Origin: an uncultured Algimonas sp.
GTDB lineage: Bacteria > Pseudomonadota > Alphaproteobacteria > Caulobacterales > Maricaulaceae
Length of the DNA stretch: 64,000 nt
Assembly: GCA_964352855.1 (NCBI GenBank)
Contig: CAYGTR010000013.1
Coordinates: 3,782-67,781 of the forward strand
Direction: 5' to 3'
Shown: positions 27,795 through 37,421 of the stretch, piece after piece
Layout: each line of letters opens with the position of its first letter
How positions within the stretch are numbered: position 1 is the stretch's first letter
Notes under the pieces: generated by a model
Told to the model about the DNA's origin: nothing
Seen by the model: the letters and a program-made list of their open reading frames with translations, nothing else
Database searches by the model: none
Translations under genes and position numbers: made by a program

Positions 27795-28526
27795 TTAAGG
27801 CACAACGCCCAAAGCTAAGCCGCGAATGGCCGTAGAGACGCGATCCCCTGTACCAAGCTTCAAAAAAAGCTGCCGAAGATAGCCATTGACGGTATGAACG
27901 GAAATACCCAAGAGTTCTGCGATCGCAGAATTAGAATACCCCCTGACAAGAGCTTCCAGAATCTCTCTTTCCCGTGGTGTCAGTTTCACCGAACCGGGAT
28001 CATTTGTATTCAAAGCTTTACAAATAGCGAGATGCCCTTGCTGGCAAGCTGTTTGAAGTCGCGTGACCTCATTGTCCTGAATCTCCATATTCGCATCGTT
28101 AAATTTGAAAAAGACAACACCATTTTGGCCTCTGGGGCCATAGACAGGCACTGCCAAACCTTCGCCGCTAAAACGCTGCGATAGGACCTCAATAAATTTC
28201 TTGTTTCTCCGCGTAAGGCCTTGAGTTTTGACGATATCCGACCAAAGCACGCCTTTTCCTTTTGACAAGGGTTCACTGATAAATGGGTTATGTCGGTAAC
28301 ATCCACTTTGTCGGTAGAGAATATCATCTTGCTCCGTAAAATCTTTAAACGTCAAGAATGAGACCCCCGGCTTATCGGACATGCCGATGGGCGGCAGGCA
28401 ATGATAGCCAATTATTTCGAAGTCTTTCCCCTCAGCCGCTGTCAAAACCGCATTAACGATACCCTTAACGCTGTCGGAGTTATTGAATATTTTGACGGCT
28501 TTATTAACGTCAATATTTAAACCCAT
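27795..28526 (-). CDS. LuxR-family transcriptional regulator with autoinducer-binding-like N-terminal domain (LuxR solo)
   Basis: C-terminal HTH LTPREREILEALVRGYSNSAIAELLGISVHTVNGYLRQLFLKLG. The N-terminal ~165 aa has the spacing of an autoinducer-binding domain (Y....Y..NPF.....LWSD). GGGAGGGG SD. Confidence 0.85.
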   Translation of the reverse strand: MGLNIDVNKAVKIFNNSDSVKGIVNAVLTAAEGKDFEIIGYHCLPPIGMSDKPGVSFLTFKDFTEQDDILYRQSGCYRHNPFISEPLSKGKGVLWSDIVKTQGLTRRNKKFIEVLSQRFSGEGLAVPVYGPRGQNGVVFFKFNDANMEIQDNEVTRLQTACQQGHLAICKALNTNDPGSVKLTPREREILEALVRGYSNSAIAELLGISVHTVNGYLRQLFLKLGTGDRVSTAIRGLALGVVP

Positions 28527-28710
28527 GGTGCCCCTCCCGAAGAAACTAACTTAAGGATGTCCATTTATTAGTGAAGGAAGACTTTAATGAAATACTCAAA
28601 TTTGATGAGATCTGTATTATTGTCTATTCTAGGTAGAAAATTAGCTATGAAATTTAACTACAAAACCTGATATATAATGACGTTCTTTTAAGATGCGTTA
28701 AAATAAGAAT

Positions 28711-30396
28711 ATGGAATCTCGGGGGCATTCTTCAAAACAACCAGGCAGCTCTTCATTAGAGTTATTGCAATCTATTGTGGATGTCGGCTTACAACCCGAA
28801 AATTTTGCCGACGTATGTAAAGCTTGGGCTGAACATTCAGAAGAGGCTGAAGCCCTCAAAAGTTTTGAGAGCCTATTAAACACTGTTTACTTTCAAAATT
28901 CGAAATATTTCGAAACCAGAGACCTAAAACGCAGTCTAGTGTCCTCACCTGATGACGGCGATGTTGAAAGTCACAGTTTCATAATTAACCGTGAATTAGA
29001 TATTATATATGCAGGTGAGTATGCCGCTAAGCTTTTAAATATTCATCTGAACCAGAAAGCGAATACGCTCTTTGATCTTGATCCCAATATAATATTTGAA
29101 AGCGTGGAAGCCGCGGATATGAAAGTCTCTTTTGGAGATGTTATCGGAGCCAATGCTACGCGGCACTTGGCATCTGTGATCAAATTATCCGAAATAGACA
29201 ATACACATAAACACTATAAATTTACCCTTTGGAAGATCGAGCTTCCATCCGAATCTGAAGATTATATAAGGCGCACGCTAAACCTCACGAATACTGAGTT
29301 AGATATCCTGAAGCTTTGCCTGCAACGTTATAGCGTGCACGCTATCGCAGATATTCGTGGCTCTTCTCTCAATACAATTCGAACGCATGTGAAAAATATC
29401 AAAAATAAGTTTCGAAGTCACAGCCTGACAGATGTTATCTCCAGCACACATGAAATCATAGCGCTTCACCATACGGCTCAATCCGGCTCTACACACTTTA
29501 AAAATGATTACATACCAAGGCAGAGGAATGTGGGCCTGGTCAAGTTGCCGGCGTCGCCCTATCAGGTTGAATATTCCCGTTACGGCAATCCTGAGGACAA
29601 ACCCTTAGTTATTTTACATAGTATTGAATACGGCATTTCACCGCCGAAAGCTTTCCTTGAATTAGCCCATGAAAAAGGGTTTTGCGTTTATGTGCCGGTC
29701 CGTCCCGGATTTGGAAGAACAACGCCCGCAGATTCAATTCCCCAGGCAGCTCAAATTTTAAATCGGTTCTTCAAATCAATTACGTTAAAAGATATCACGC
29801 TTGTCTCTCTATCAACCTCTGCTCCAACATCATTGGAATTACTGCATTTGAGTTCTGAAATTCGAGACGCTATTTTTGTCAATTATGCTTTTGATACGAA
29901 GAATAAGATCCCACACATCCAACCCGTTTGGTTGCGAGGGCTTTTGGAATTTGGTTTAGGGTCACCTGAAAGCTTTAAATTTGCTTTTCGTATGAGCAAA
30001 GGCATGTTGAAGGTTATCGGTTATAACAATTTCTATAAAAAAATGTATCAATCTTGCGAGGAAGACCTCCTCTATCTTGCAACGAATGCAAAAACATTTG
30101 AAGCAAGTGCTAATCTGATCCTAAGCGCCGAGCCCGATACATGTCGCAATGACATTGCTGCGTCATTTCTGGAAAACCCACATGCAGATTGGCAAGCCAC
30201 GTCCGGCCAAAATATTCGCTCACTCTTTGGAGAATACACCCATGGTATTTCCTTGGCTCCTATCAAGTCAAAAGCAAAAGAGCTGGGTATCCCGTTTAAC
30301 ATAATAGAAGGTACCGGAAGGAATTGCATCTATCAAAAGCCTGAAGTTTTTTTTGATCTTATTAAAAGCCGCGTAAATGCATCTGTAACGCAATAA
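28711..30396 (+). CDS. LuxR-type HTH regulator with N-terminal sensor-like region and C-terminal alpha/beta-hydrolase-fold domain
   Basis: Internal HTH LTNTELDILKLCLQRYSVHAIADIRGSSLNTIRTHVKNIKNKF (aa ~192-245). The C-terminal region has alpha/beta-hydrolase landmarks: PLVILHSIEYG, VYVPVRPGFGRT, ITLVSLSTSAP at the elbow position, and EGTGRNCIYQKPEVFFDLI at the His-loop position. The exact start is uncertain because there is no clear SD. Confidence 0.7.
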   Translation: MESRGHSSKQPGSSSLELLQSIVDVGLQPENFADVCKAWAEHSEEAEALKSFESLLNTVYFQNSKYFETRDLKRSLVSSPDDGDVESHSFIINRELDIIYAGEYAAKLLNIHLNQKANTLFDLDPNIIFESVEAADMKVSFGDVIGANATRHLASVIKLSEIDNTHKHYKFTLWKIELPSESEDYIRRTLNLTNTELDILKLCLQRYSVHAIADIRGSSLNTIRTHVKNIKNKFRSHSLTDVISSTHEIIALHHTAQSGSTHFKNDYIPRQRNVGLVKLPASPYQVEYSRYGNPEDKPLVILHSIEYGISPPKAFLELAHEKGFCVYVPVRPGFGRTTPADSIPQAAQILNRFFKSITLKDITLVSLSTSAPTSLELLHLSSEIRDAIFVNYAFDTKNKIPHIQPVWLRGLLEFGLGSPESFKFAFRMSKGMLKVIGYNNFYKKMYQSCEEDLLYLATNAKTFEASANLILSAEPDTCRNDIAASFLENPHADWQATSGQNIRSLFGEYTHGISLAPIKSKAKELGIPFNIIEGTGRNCIYQKPEVFFDLIKSRVNASVTQ

Positions 30397-30425
30397 AAAA
30401 ACCCCGACACAGTCGAGGTTTTTGT
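30395..30425. terminator. bidirectional terminator between the LuxR-hydrolase gene and cytochrome c1
   Basis: AAAAAAA-CCCCGAC-acag-TCGAGG-TTTTTG: hairpin flanked by an A-run and a T-run, lying between convergent genes. Confidence 0.7.
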
Positions 30426-30447
30426 TTCTTGAAAAGTTCAAGTCTGG

Positions 30448-31299
30448 TTAGTGCTCAACATTTTTCCAAACACGTTTATAGGAGAGGAAAAGCAGGATTG
30501 AGAGAATGAACAGATAAATCATCGTCATCAAACCTGTCGCTTTGCGTTGTTCCATTTTTGGATCAGCAGCCCAAGCGAGAAATTCGGTCACATCAGCCGC
30601 CATTTGCTCGACGGTAGCCTCAGGCGCAGGGATTTCATTGCCTTCTGCATCCAGCATAGGTGCATATTCAATTAGTCCTTGGACAAGCGGAGCCGCCATT
30701 GCGATTTTACCACCTTCCATAACAGGATTATAGTGCAGGCCGGGTGTTAATACGACACCATCTGGAATAGGCGCGTCATAGGCCGTAAGAAGATTATACA
30801 TGTAATCCGCGCCGTTATTTCTGGCTTTCACCATAACAGAGAGTTCCGGCGGCAGTGCGCCGCCATTCGACGCACGGGCAGCTGCATTATTCGGATAGAT
30901 CGGTGGAAATTTGTCGGAAGGCATTCCGGGGCGTTCTGTGACGTCACCCGTCTCGCTATCTATGTCCTCAATCGTCCAGTCGGCTGCGAAATTCTTCACA
31001 TAAGGATTGTCACTGGGGTTTTTAAAGTTCTCATCATAAAACGGCGCACCTTTATCACCCAAATGACGGAAAGATAAGAATTTCAACTGGTGACAGCTGG
31101 CACAAACCTCACGGTAGACTTGATAGCCACGCTGCATGGCGGCACGGTCATAGGTGCCAAAAGGCCCGTTAAAGTGCCAGTGTTTATGTTCCATCTTGTA
31201 ATCACTATTGCCACCCCCCGCAGCAAAAGCGACACCTGTTGCCAAGACAGCTATCGCGCCGCCTGCAACAAGGAAAGATTTGAGATATTTGGAAGCCAT
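30448..31299 (-). CDS. petC: cytochrome c1 of the bc1 complex
   Basis: Signal/TM segment, heme-binding CASCH, C-terminal TM anchor. Third gene after Rieske and cytochrome b. Confidence 0.9.
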   Translation of the reverse strand: MASKYLKSFLVAGGAIAVLATGVAFAAGGGNSDYKMEHKHWHFNGPFGTYDRAAMQRGYQVYREVCASCHQLKFLSFRHLGDKGAPFYDENFKNPSDNPYVKNFAADWTIEDIDSETGDVTERPGMPSDKFPPIYPNNAAARASNGGALPPELSVMVKARNNGADYMYNLLTAYDAPIPDGVVLTPGLHYNPVMEGGKIAMAAPLVQGLIEYAPMLDAEGNEIPAPEATVEQMAADVTEFLAWAADPKMEQRKATGLMTMIYLFILSILLFLSYKRVWKNVEH

Positions 31300-31363
31300 G
31301 ATCTAGCCCGTCCCTAAGTCTTTTATTGTAAGGCCCGCACAAAAGCGCGGGCTGTTTATCTAT

Positions 31364-32677
31364 TTATTCTGCAGGCGCCGCAATTGGAGCGCCTCTCGGT
31401 TCATCGCCTAACACGGCTTTCGTAATCGATTCCGGTCGTTCGACAGGTTTCTCGACTAAACCTAAGATAGGTAGGATGATAAGGAAATAAGCAAAGTAGT
31501 AAATCGTCGATATTTGCCCGAGCCTGTAGAAAGTTAATCCGGATGCGACTTCGACACCATCAACCGTCTTTGTGCCAAACGGGATAGCGACATTATCCGG
31601 CGTTTCCGCACCACACCAACCCAGGATGAAGCACATAACGATGAAGATAAGGAAGAACCAACGGGCCACCGGGCGGAAACGCATGGATTTCACTTTGGAA
31701 GTATCAAGCCAAGGCAGAACAAAGAGAACGACAATCGCACCTAACATCAACAGCAGACCTGCCAATTTATCAGGCACAGCCCGCAAGATCGCGTAGAATG
31801 GTAGGAAATACCATTCCGGCACAATATGCGCAGGCGTTTTCATTGCATCAGCTTCAATATAGTTATCGGCATGACCAAGTGCGTCAGGCTGATAGAAAAG
31901 GAAGAAAGCAAAGATAAGTAAGAATATTGCAACTGCGAACGCGTCTTTGACGGTGTAAAACGGGTGGAAAGTGAGCGTATCTGATTTCGTCTTCTCGCTA
32001 ATGCCGATCGGATTGTTTTGACCGACATGGTGCAAGGCCCAAACGTGTAGACCCACAAGTGCAGCGATAATAAATGGCAATAAGTAATGAAGCGCAAAGA
32101 AACGGTTCAGTGTCGCATTGTCAACGGCATAACCGCCCAATAACCACTGCTGCAAGCTCTCACCGACAACGGGAACGGCGCCAAAAAAGCCCGTGATAAC
32201 CGTTGCTCCCCAGAAAGACATTTGCCCCCATGGAAGTGTGTAGCCCAAGAAGGCCGTTGCCATCATGACAAGATAAATCAAACACCCGATGATCCAGAGC
32301 AGCTCACGCGGTGCCTTATATGAACCATAATACAGACCACGGAACATATGCATATAAACGGCAAGGAAGAACAGAGATGCCCCGACTGCATGCATAGGCT
32401 GTAACAACCATCCGAAAGGCACATCACGGCGAATACGTTGAACGGATTCAAAGGCGCCTTCAATACTTGGCTCATAATGCATGGCTAAGATGACGCCTGA
32501 AATAATTTGAACGATCAAACAAAGCGCCAAAATACCACCAAATGTGTACCAATAATTGAGGTTACGTGGTGACGGAAATGTCATGAAGTCCGCACCCATA
32601 CGGATGATCGGCAAACGCTTATCAATCCATTTTGTTGCGGCGTATTTGGGTTCGTAAGTAGAGGGATGTCCTGACAT
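31364..32677 (-). CDS. petB: cytochrome b of the bc1 complex
   Basis: 437 aa. W(I/V)D.RLPI N-terminus, conserved His-containing helices, PEWYFLPFYAILR motif. Confidence 0.95.
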   Translation of the reverse strand: MSGHPSTYEPKYAATKWIDKRLPIIRMGADFMTFPSPRNLNYWYTFGGILALCLIVQIISGVILAMHYEPSIEGAFESVQRIRRDVPFGWLLQPMHAVGASLFFLAVYMHMFRGLYYGSYKAPRELLWIIGCLIYLVMMATAFLGYTLPWGQMSFWGATVITGFFGAVPVVGESLQQWLLGGYAVDNATLNRFFALHYLLPFIIAALVGLHVWALHHVGQNNPIGISEKTKSDTLTFHPFYTVKDAFAVAIFLLIFAFFLFYQPDALGHADNYIEADAMKTPAHIVPEWYFLPFYAILRAVPDKLAGLLLMLGAIVVLFVLPWLDTSKVKSMRFRPVARWFFLIFIVMCFILGWCGAETPDNVAIPFGTKTVDGVEVASGLTFYRLGQISTIYYFAYFLIILPILGLVEKPVERPESITKAVLGDEPRGAPIAAPAE

Positions 32678-32679
32678 AT

Positions 32680-33231
32680 TTAACCTACCTTGATCACTGT
32701 GTCTGAGACGTATGCATAGGGCGGAATGGCCATATTCTTCGGTGCAGGACCTTTACGGATGCGCCCTGATGTATCGTAATGAGAAGCGTGGCACGGACAG
32801 TACCAACCATTATAGTCACCGGCTTCGCCAACAGGCACGCAACCGAAATGCGTACAAACGCCGACCATCACGAGATATTTTGGATCAACCTGACCTGATG
32901 GGCCGGGGATGAGCCGCGCATCATCTGTCTCCGGATCTCTCAGTGTATCCAGTGGTGTTGATTCTGCGGCTTCAATTTCAGCTGCTGTGCGGTGGCGAAC
33001 AAAAACAGGTTTGCCCCTCCACAGCGTTTTGAGTTGCTGGCCTTCCTCAAGTTGGGCTAAATCAATTTCAATTGATCCGGCAGCCAGCGTGTCCGCCGCC
33101 TTACCCATTTGCGCCAGGAGGGGCCAAGCGATGGACGCCACACCTGCCGCCGCGACGGCGCCCGTGGCGATGAAAATAAAATCTCTCTTATCTTCGTCAA
33201 CATTATCTTCGGTTTTGATGGTCTCGGACAT
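32680..33231 (-). CDS. petA: ubiquinol-cytochrome c reductase Rieske iron-sulfur subunit
   Basis: Rieske boxes CTHFGC and CPCHASHY. AAGGAG SD upstream of the ATG at 33231. The ORF-track start at 33255 is a TTG codon. Confidence 0.92.
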   Translation of the reverse strand: MSETIKTEDNVDEDKRDFIFIATGAVAAAGVASIAWPLLAQMGKAADTLAAGSIEIDLAQLEEGQQLKTLWRGKPVFVRHRTAAEIEAAESTPLDTLRDPETDDARLIPGPSGQVDPKYLVMVGVCTHFGCVPVGEAGDYNGWYCPCHASHYDTSGRIRKGPAPKNMAIPPYAYVSDTVIKVG

Positions 33232-33493
33232 GGTCTGTCCACTCCTTCGGTCCAATTTATAGTATTTTGGCGGTGTCTAACCTTATATAGTTTGTAATGC
33301 CATAGATTATTCGCGGCAAGACGCCGCAATTCACAGCTTTATTGCAGTTACACTCTAATTCAATACGTTTTATTCCTATTTTTCAACGCCTTTAAGGTGA
33401 TGATTTACTTCAAAAGGTCTTCTTGATAATCATTTTCAAGCAAATTGCCGTCATGGAATTGTGCGTAACGACAATGCCGTTATAAACACGTTC

Positions 33494-33934
33494 ATGAACA
33501 TTACGCTTTACCAGCCCGATATTGCCGCGAATCTTGGAGCCGTTATGCGTCTTTGCTCAGGATTTGATGTCCCCTTATCCGTTATCGAGCCTTGTGGGTT
33601 TCCTTTGTCTGAAAAAGCACTACGTCGTGCCGCGATGGATTATGAGCCGCCGGGTGGTTTGCGCCGTGTCACGAGTTGGGCTGACTTTTCACCGGAAGGG
33701 CGAATCGTCTTGCTGACGACAAAAGGCGCGACACCTCTGTCTGGTTTTGAGTTTCAACATCATGATACATTATTATTCGGACGTGAAAGCGCAGGCGTTC
33801 CAGAAGAGGTTCACGCCCGCGCCGATGCCCGCGTGATTATCCCCATCGCAGCGAATGCCCGCTCATTTAATCTGGCGACTTCTGTTGCCATCACGCTCTA
33901 TGAAGCCTTGCGGCAGACCCAAAGCCTACCGTAA
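33494..33934 (+). CDS. trmL: tRNA (cytidine/uridine-2'-O)-methyltransferase TrmL (SpoU/TrmH family)
   Basis: MNITLYQPDIAANLGAVMRLC N-terminus and C-terminal SFNLATSVAITLYEALRQ (SPOUT knot). The ORF extends to a GTG at 33461. Confidence 0.8.
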   Translation: MNITLYQPDIAANLGAVMRLCSGFDVPLSVIEPCGFPLSEKALRRAAMDYEPPGGLRRVTSWADFSPEGRIVLLTTKGATPLSGFEFQHHDTLLFGRESAGVPEEVHARADARVIIPIAANARSFNLATSVAITLYEALRQTQSLP

Positions 33935-33943
33935 AGCGCATTT

Positions 33944-34813
33944 ATGATAGATTTCGATTCCCGGAAAACATGCACAGCGGCTTGGTTCAAAACCTTGCGA
34001 GATCAAATTTGTGCAGAGTTTGAAGCGCTAGAACGCGAAGCCCCCGAGACCCTTTACCCTGGGGCGCCGGGTACGTTTGTGTATGAAGGTTGGGAACGCT
34101 CTGTAGAAAATGGTGGCGGTGGCACTGGCGGCATGTTGCGCGGGCGATTATTTGAAAAATGCGGCGTTCACATTTCCGTGGTCAAAGGCGAGTTCACGGA
34201 AGAAATGGCGGCCAATATTCCAGGTGCGGATAAAGACCCACGCTTCTGGGCCGCCGGTATCTCCCTCATCGCGCATCAACGCAATCCGCGCGTTCCCGCT
34301 GTTCATATGAATACGCGCTATATTGTGACCACGCAGGATTGGTTCGGCGGCGGCGGAGATCTCACACCGACGCAAGCAATCGACCGTCATCAAGACGCCC
34401 CTGATGCCCTCACCTTTCATGCGGGGATGAAAGCCGCTTGTGACGCACATGATGTCGCCGATTATAATCGTTACCGCAAATGGTGTGATGAATATTTCCA
34501 TCTGCACCATCGCGATGAGCCCCGTGGCACGGGCGGCATATTTTATGACCGCCATAATAGCGGTGACTTCGAAGCTGATTTTGCCTTTACACAAGATGTC
34601 GGACGGCATTTCCTCAAAAGCTATGCTAAAATTGTCCGTCGCCGCATGGGCGAGCCTTGGACAGAAGACGAGCGCGAAGAGCAACTCATCACGCGCGGTC
34701 GCTATGTCGAATTTAACCTGCTCTGGGATCGCGGCACGACCTTTGGCCTGAAAACAGGCGGGAACGTGAAAACGATTTTGAGCTCTATGCCGCCAGTGGT
34801 GAAGTGGCCATAG
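33944..34813 (+). CDS. hemF: oxygen-dependent coproporphyrinogen III oxidase
   Basis: NPRVPAVHMNTRY, WFGGGGDLTP, and RRGRYVEFNLLWDRGTTFGL are HemF signatures. Confidence 0.92.
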   Translation: MIDFDSRKTCTAAWFKTLRDQICAEFEALEREAPETLYPGAPGTFVYEGWERSVENGGGGTGGMLRGRLFEKCGVHISVVKGEFTEEMAANIPGADKDPRFWAAGISLIAHQRNPRVPAVHMNTRYIVTTQDWFGGGGDLTPTQAIDRHQDAPDALTFHAGMKAACDAHDVADYNRYRKWCDEYFHLHHRDEPRGTGGIFYDRHNSGDFEADFAFTQDVGRHFLKSYAKIVRRRMGEPWTEDEREEQLITRGRYVEFNLLWDRGTTFGLKTGGNVKTILSSMPPVVKWP

Positions 34814-34821
34814 GACGCCCT

Positions 34822-35418
34822 ATGACTAAACCTGTTCTCCTTTTCGACCTCGGCGGCGTTATTGTGCCATGGGTGGGTTTCGACGCGCTCGCCGAGGATA
34901 ATAATATGACACGCGAAGCCGTTATTGCGCGCTTGGCCAAGTCAGATATTTTTAATGCTTATGAAATCGGCGAATGTGATGACCTCACATTTTTGAAGGA
35001 AATGGTCAGCCTGTTTGAGATGGATATAGCGCCTCAAGCTTTTGCTGATATTTGGAATAGTTGGGTTTTACCGCCTTTTCCGAATACTTTACAAACGTTG
35101 AAAAGCTTGAAAGACAATTACATCGTCGCTTGCCTCTCCAACACCAACGCCCTGCATTGGCAGCATTTAAACGGAATGCTTGATCTGAATGCCGTTTTTG
35201 ATTTCGCCTTTGCCTCTCAACAGATAAAAACGGCAAAACCCCATCCGCGTAGCTATCAAATTCCAATTGAGGACATGGGCGTAGATCCTGCTGACGTGAT
35301 ATTTTTTGACGATACCTTACCCAATGTCGAAGCTGCACGGGCTGAGGGCATAACAACCCATCATGTCGACCGTCATGTCGGCGTGATACCGACCCTCAAA
35401 ACGCTCGGCATTATTTAG
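34822..35418 (+). CDS. HAD-superfamily hydrolase
   Basis: Motif I LLFDLGGV (DxG variant). Motif III/IV K...FFDD near the C-terminus. The ORF-track start at 34804 would overlap hemF. Confidence 0.7.
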   Translation: MTKPVLLFDLGGVIVPWVGFDALAEDNNMTREAVIARLAKSDIFNAYEIGECDDLTFLKEMVSLFEMDIAPQAFADIWNSWVLPPFPNTLQTLKSLKDNYIVACLSNTNALHWQHLNGMLDLNAVFDFAFASQQIKTAKPHPRSYQIPIEDMGVDPADVIFFDDTLPNVEAARAEGITTHHVDRHVGVIPTLKTLGII

Positions 35419-35524
35419 TGTTTAAAGCATCAGCCGATTACGGCCATAAAGCGCTTTCTGCTTGAGTTTAAAGCCCGGCTCTATATCAAGGATTCCTAGT
35501 TGATTTGAATAGTTTGGTTCCTTC

Positions 35525-36046
35525 ATGAAACTCATTAAGCCCTCTTATAATTACGACGAACTGATCGTCAGCGGCGAGAAAAGCCTTTTTGGCCCCGGCA
35601 ATGCGAAACTACCGCTCCCGCCTATGCTTATGCTCGACCGTATCACACATATTGACGATGAGAGCGGTGAGCACGGAAAAGGCCATATTATTGCAGAGCT
35701 GGACGTCAATCCAGACCTTTGGTTTTTTGAATGTCACTTCCGCGGCGACCCCGTTATGCCCGGTTGCTTGGGCCTTGATGCCATGTGGCAGCTCGTCGGC
35801 TTTTGGTTAGGCTGGACAGGCTCTCCGGGTCGCGGACGGGCGCTTGGCGTCGGTGAGGTGAAATTCACAGGACAAGTTACGCCGGACGTTAAAAAAGTGC
35901 GATATGAAATTGACTTAAAACGCGTTATTCGCCGCAAGCTCGTCCTCGGTATGGCAGACGGGCGTATGTTTGCAGATGACGAAGAAATCTATAAAGCCAA
36001 AGATCTGAAAGTTGGGTTGTTTATCCCCGAGGATGGAGAGAAATAA
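35525..36046 (+). CDS. fabA: 3-hydroxydecanoyl-ACP dehydratase/isomerase
   Basis: [23 protein letters not shown] active-site region. 173 aa. Confidence 0.93.
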   Translation: MKLIKPSYNYDELIVSGEKSLFGPGNAKLPLPPMLMLDRITHIDDESGEHGKGHIIAELDVNPDLWFFECHFRGDPVMPGCLGLDAMWQLVGFWLGWTGSPGRGRALGVGEVKFTGQVTPDVKKVRYEIDLKRVIRRKLVLGMADGRMFADDEEIYKAKDLKVGLFIPEDGEK

Positions 36047-37260
36047 TGCGCCGCGTTGTTGTTACCGGATTAGGAATTGTCTCTTGTATCGGCAATGATG
36101 CTGATACAGTTGCTGAAAGTTTAAAGGCCGGCAAAAGCGGCATTACCAAAGATGAGAAGATGGCGGAACTTGGCTTTCGAAGTCAAATTTCCGGGCGCCC
36201 GACGATCGACCCCAAAGAATTTGTCGACAAACGATCAATGCGTTTTATGGCTGACGCGGCCGGCTGGAGTGCGGTTTCCATGCAACAGGCTATCGATGAT
36301 GCGCAGCTGACTGAAGATCATGTTTCGAATGAACGCACAGGAATTATTGCCGGATCAGGCGGCCCAAGCTCGCTCGAAATTGTTCGCGCGGCAGACATCA
36401 CGCGGAAAAATAATTCGCCAAAGCGTATCGGGCCGTTCGCTGTGCCAAAAGCGATGTCCTCGACAGTATCCGCAACATTGGCGACACATTTTAAAATTAA
36501 AGGTGTTAATTTCTCAATTACCTCAGCTTGCACAACATCTCTGCACTGTATCGGTGCGGCAGCCGAGCAGATCCAATGGGGTAAGCAAGATATCATGTTT
36601 GCCGGGGGCGGCGAAGAAGTCGAATGGACAATGTCATCCCTGTTTGATGCTATGGGCGCGATGAGCAGCAAATATAATGATGCCCCTGAAACAGCATCCC
36701 GCGCATTTGACGTTACACGTGATGGCTTTGTCATTGCCGGCGGCGCAGGCATGGTTGTTCTCGAGGAATATGAACATGCCGTCGCGCGTGGTGCCAAAAT
36801 TTATGCTGAAATCGTCGGTTATGCCGCGACCTCTGATGGTTACGACATGGTGGCACCCAGCGGCGAGGGTGCAGAGCGCGCAATGCGTATGGCACTCAAA
36901 GATGCAGGGTTAGAAAGTGTCGATTATATCAATCCTCATGCCACATCTACGCCTGTTGGCGACATTGCGGAGACACAAGCCATTCACCGTGTTTTCGGCG
37001 AAAAGGGTCCTTATGTCTCTGCCACAAAATGCCTGACCGGTCACAGCTTAGGCGCTGCAGGCGTGCAGGAAGCAATCTACACACTTTTAATGATGGATCG
37101 CGGCTTTGTCGCTCCTAGCATTAATATCAATGAGATTGATCCGGAAATTCCTACCATCAATATTGCGCGAGACATGATAGAAACCGAGATCAAGACCGCC
37201 ATGTCCAACAGCTTTGGCTTTGGCGGCACAAATGGCAGCGTGATATTTGCGAAAGTTTAA
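36046..37260 (+). CDS. fabB: beta-ketoacyl-ACP synthase I
   Basis: Active-site Cys in [15 protein letters not shown] and TGHSLGAAG His motifs. 404 aa. Immediately follows fabA (TAATG overlap). Confidence 0.9.
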   Translation: MRRVVVTGLGIVSCIGNDADTVAESLKAGKSGITKDEKMAELGFRSQISGRPTIDPKEFVDKRSMRFMADAAGWSAVSMQQAIDDAQLTEDHVSNERTGIIAGSGGPSSLEIVRAADITRKNNSPKRIGPFAVPKAMSSTVSATLATHFKIKGVNFSITSACTTSLHCIGAAAEQIQWGKQDIMFAGGGEEVEWTMSSLFDAMGAMSSKYNDAPETASRAFDVTRDGFVIAGGAGMVVLEEYEHAVARGAKIYAEIVGYAATSDGYDMVAPSGEGAERAMRMALKDAGLESVDYINPHATSTPVGDIAETQAIHRVFGEKGPYVSATKCLTGHSLGAAGVQEAIYTLLMMDRGFVAPSININEIDPEIPTINIARDMIETEIKTAMSNSFGFGGTNGSVIFAKV

Positions 37261-37421
37261 GCTGCGGAAAGTGTAGCGACACTCAGAAACATGTAAAAGC
37301 TTGGCATTTCGGGGCACTGATTTGCCAAATGGGACATAACTCAATAGCGCCGCTACATGACCAATATTGCCAAATATATCGAAATGCCTACCCCTACATT
37401 TGTAGGGCAAGCCCATTATCT

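Noticed and set aside
28527-28710. Search for a lux-box-type 18-20-bp palindrome in the divergent LuxR spacer
   Set aside because: Only a weak AT-only inverted repeat (TTTTAA-gatgcg-TTAAAA) was found. Nothing resembles a lux box, so no operator is called.
34148-34684. 178-aa ORF antisense to hemF
   Set aside because: hemF carries several unmistakable signature motifs on the + strand. The antisense product has no motif or plausible start context.
36318-36797. 159-aa antisense ORF and 114-aa alternative-frame ORF inside fabB
   Set aside because: fabB is fully supported by its active-site Cys/His/His motifs. The alternative products are Arg/Ser/Pro-rich off-frame sequences.
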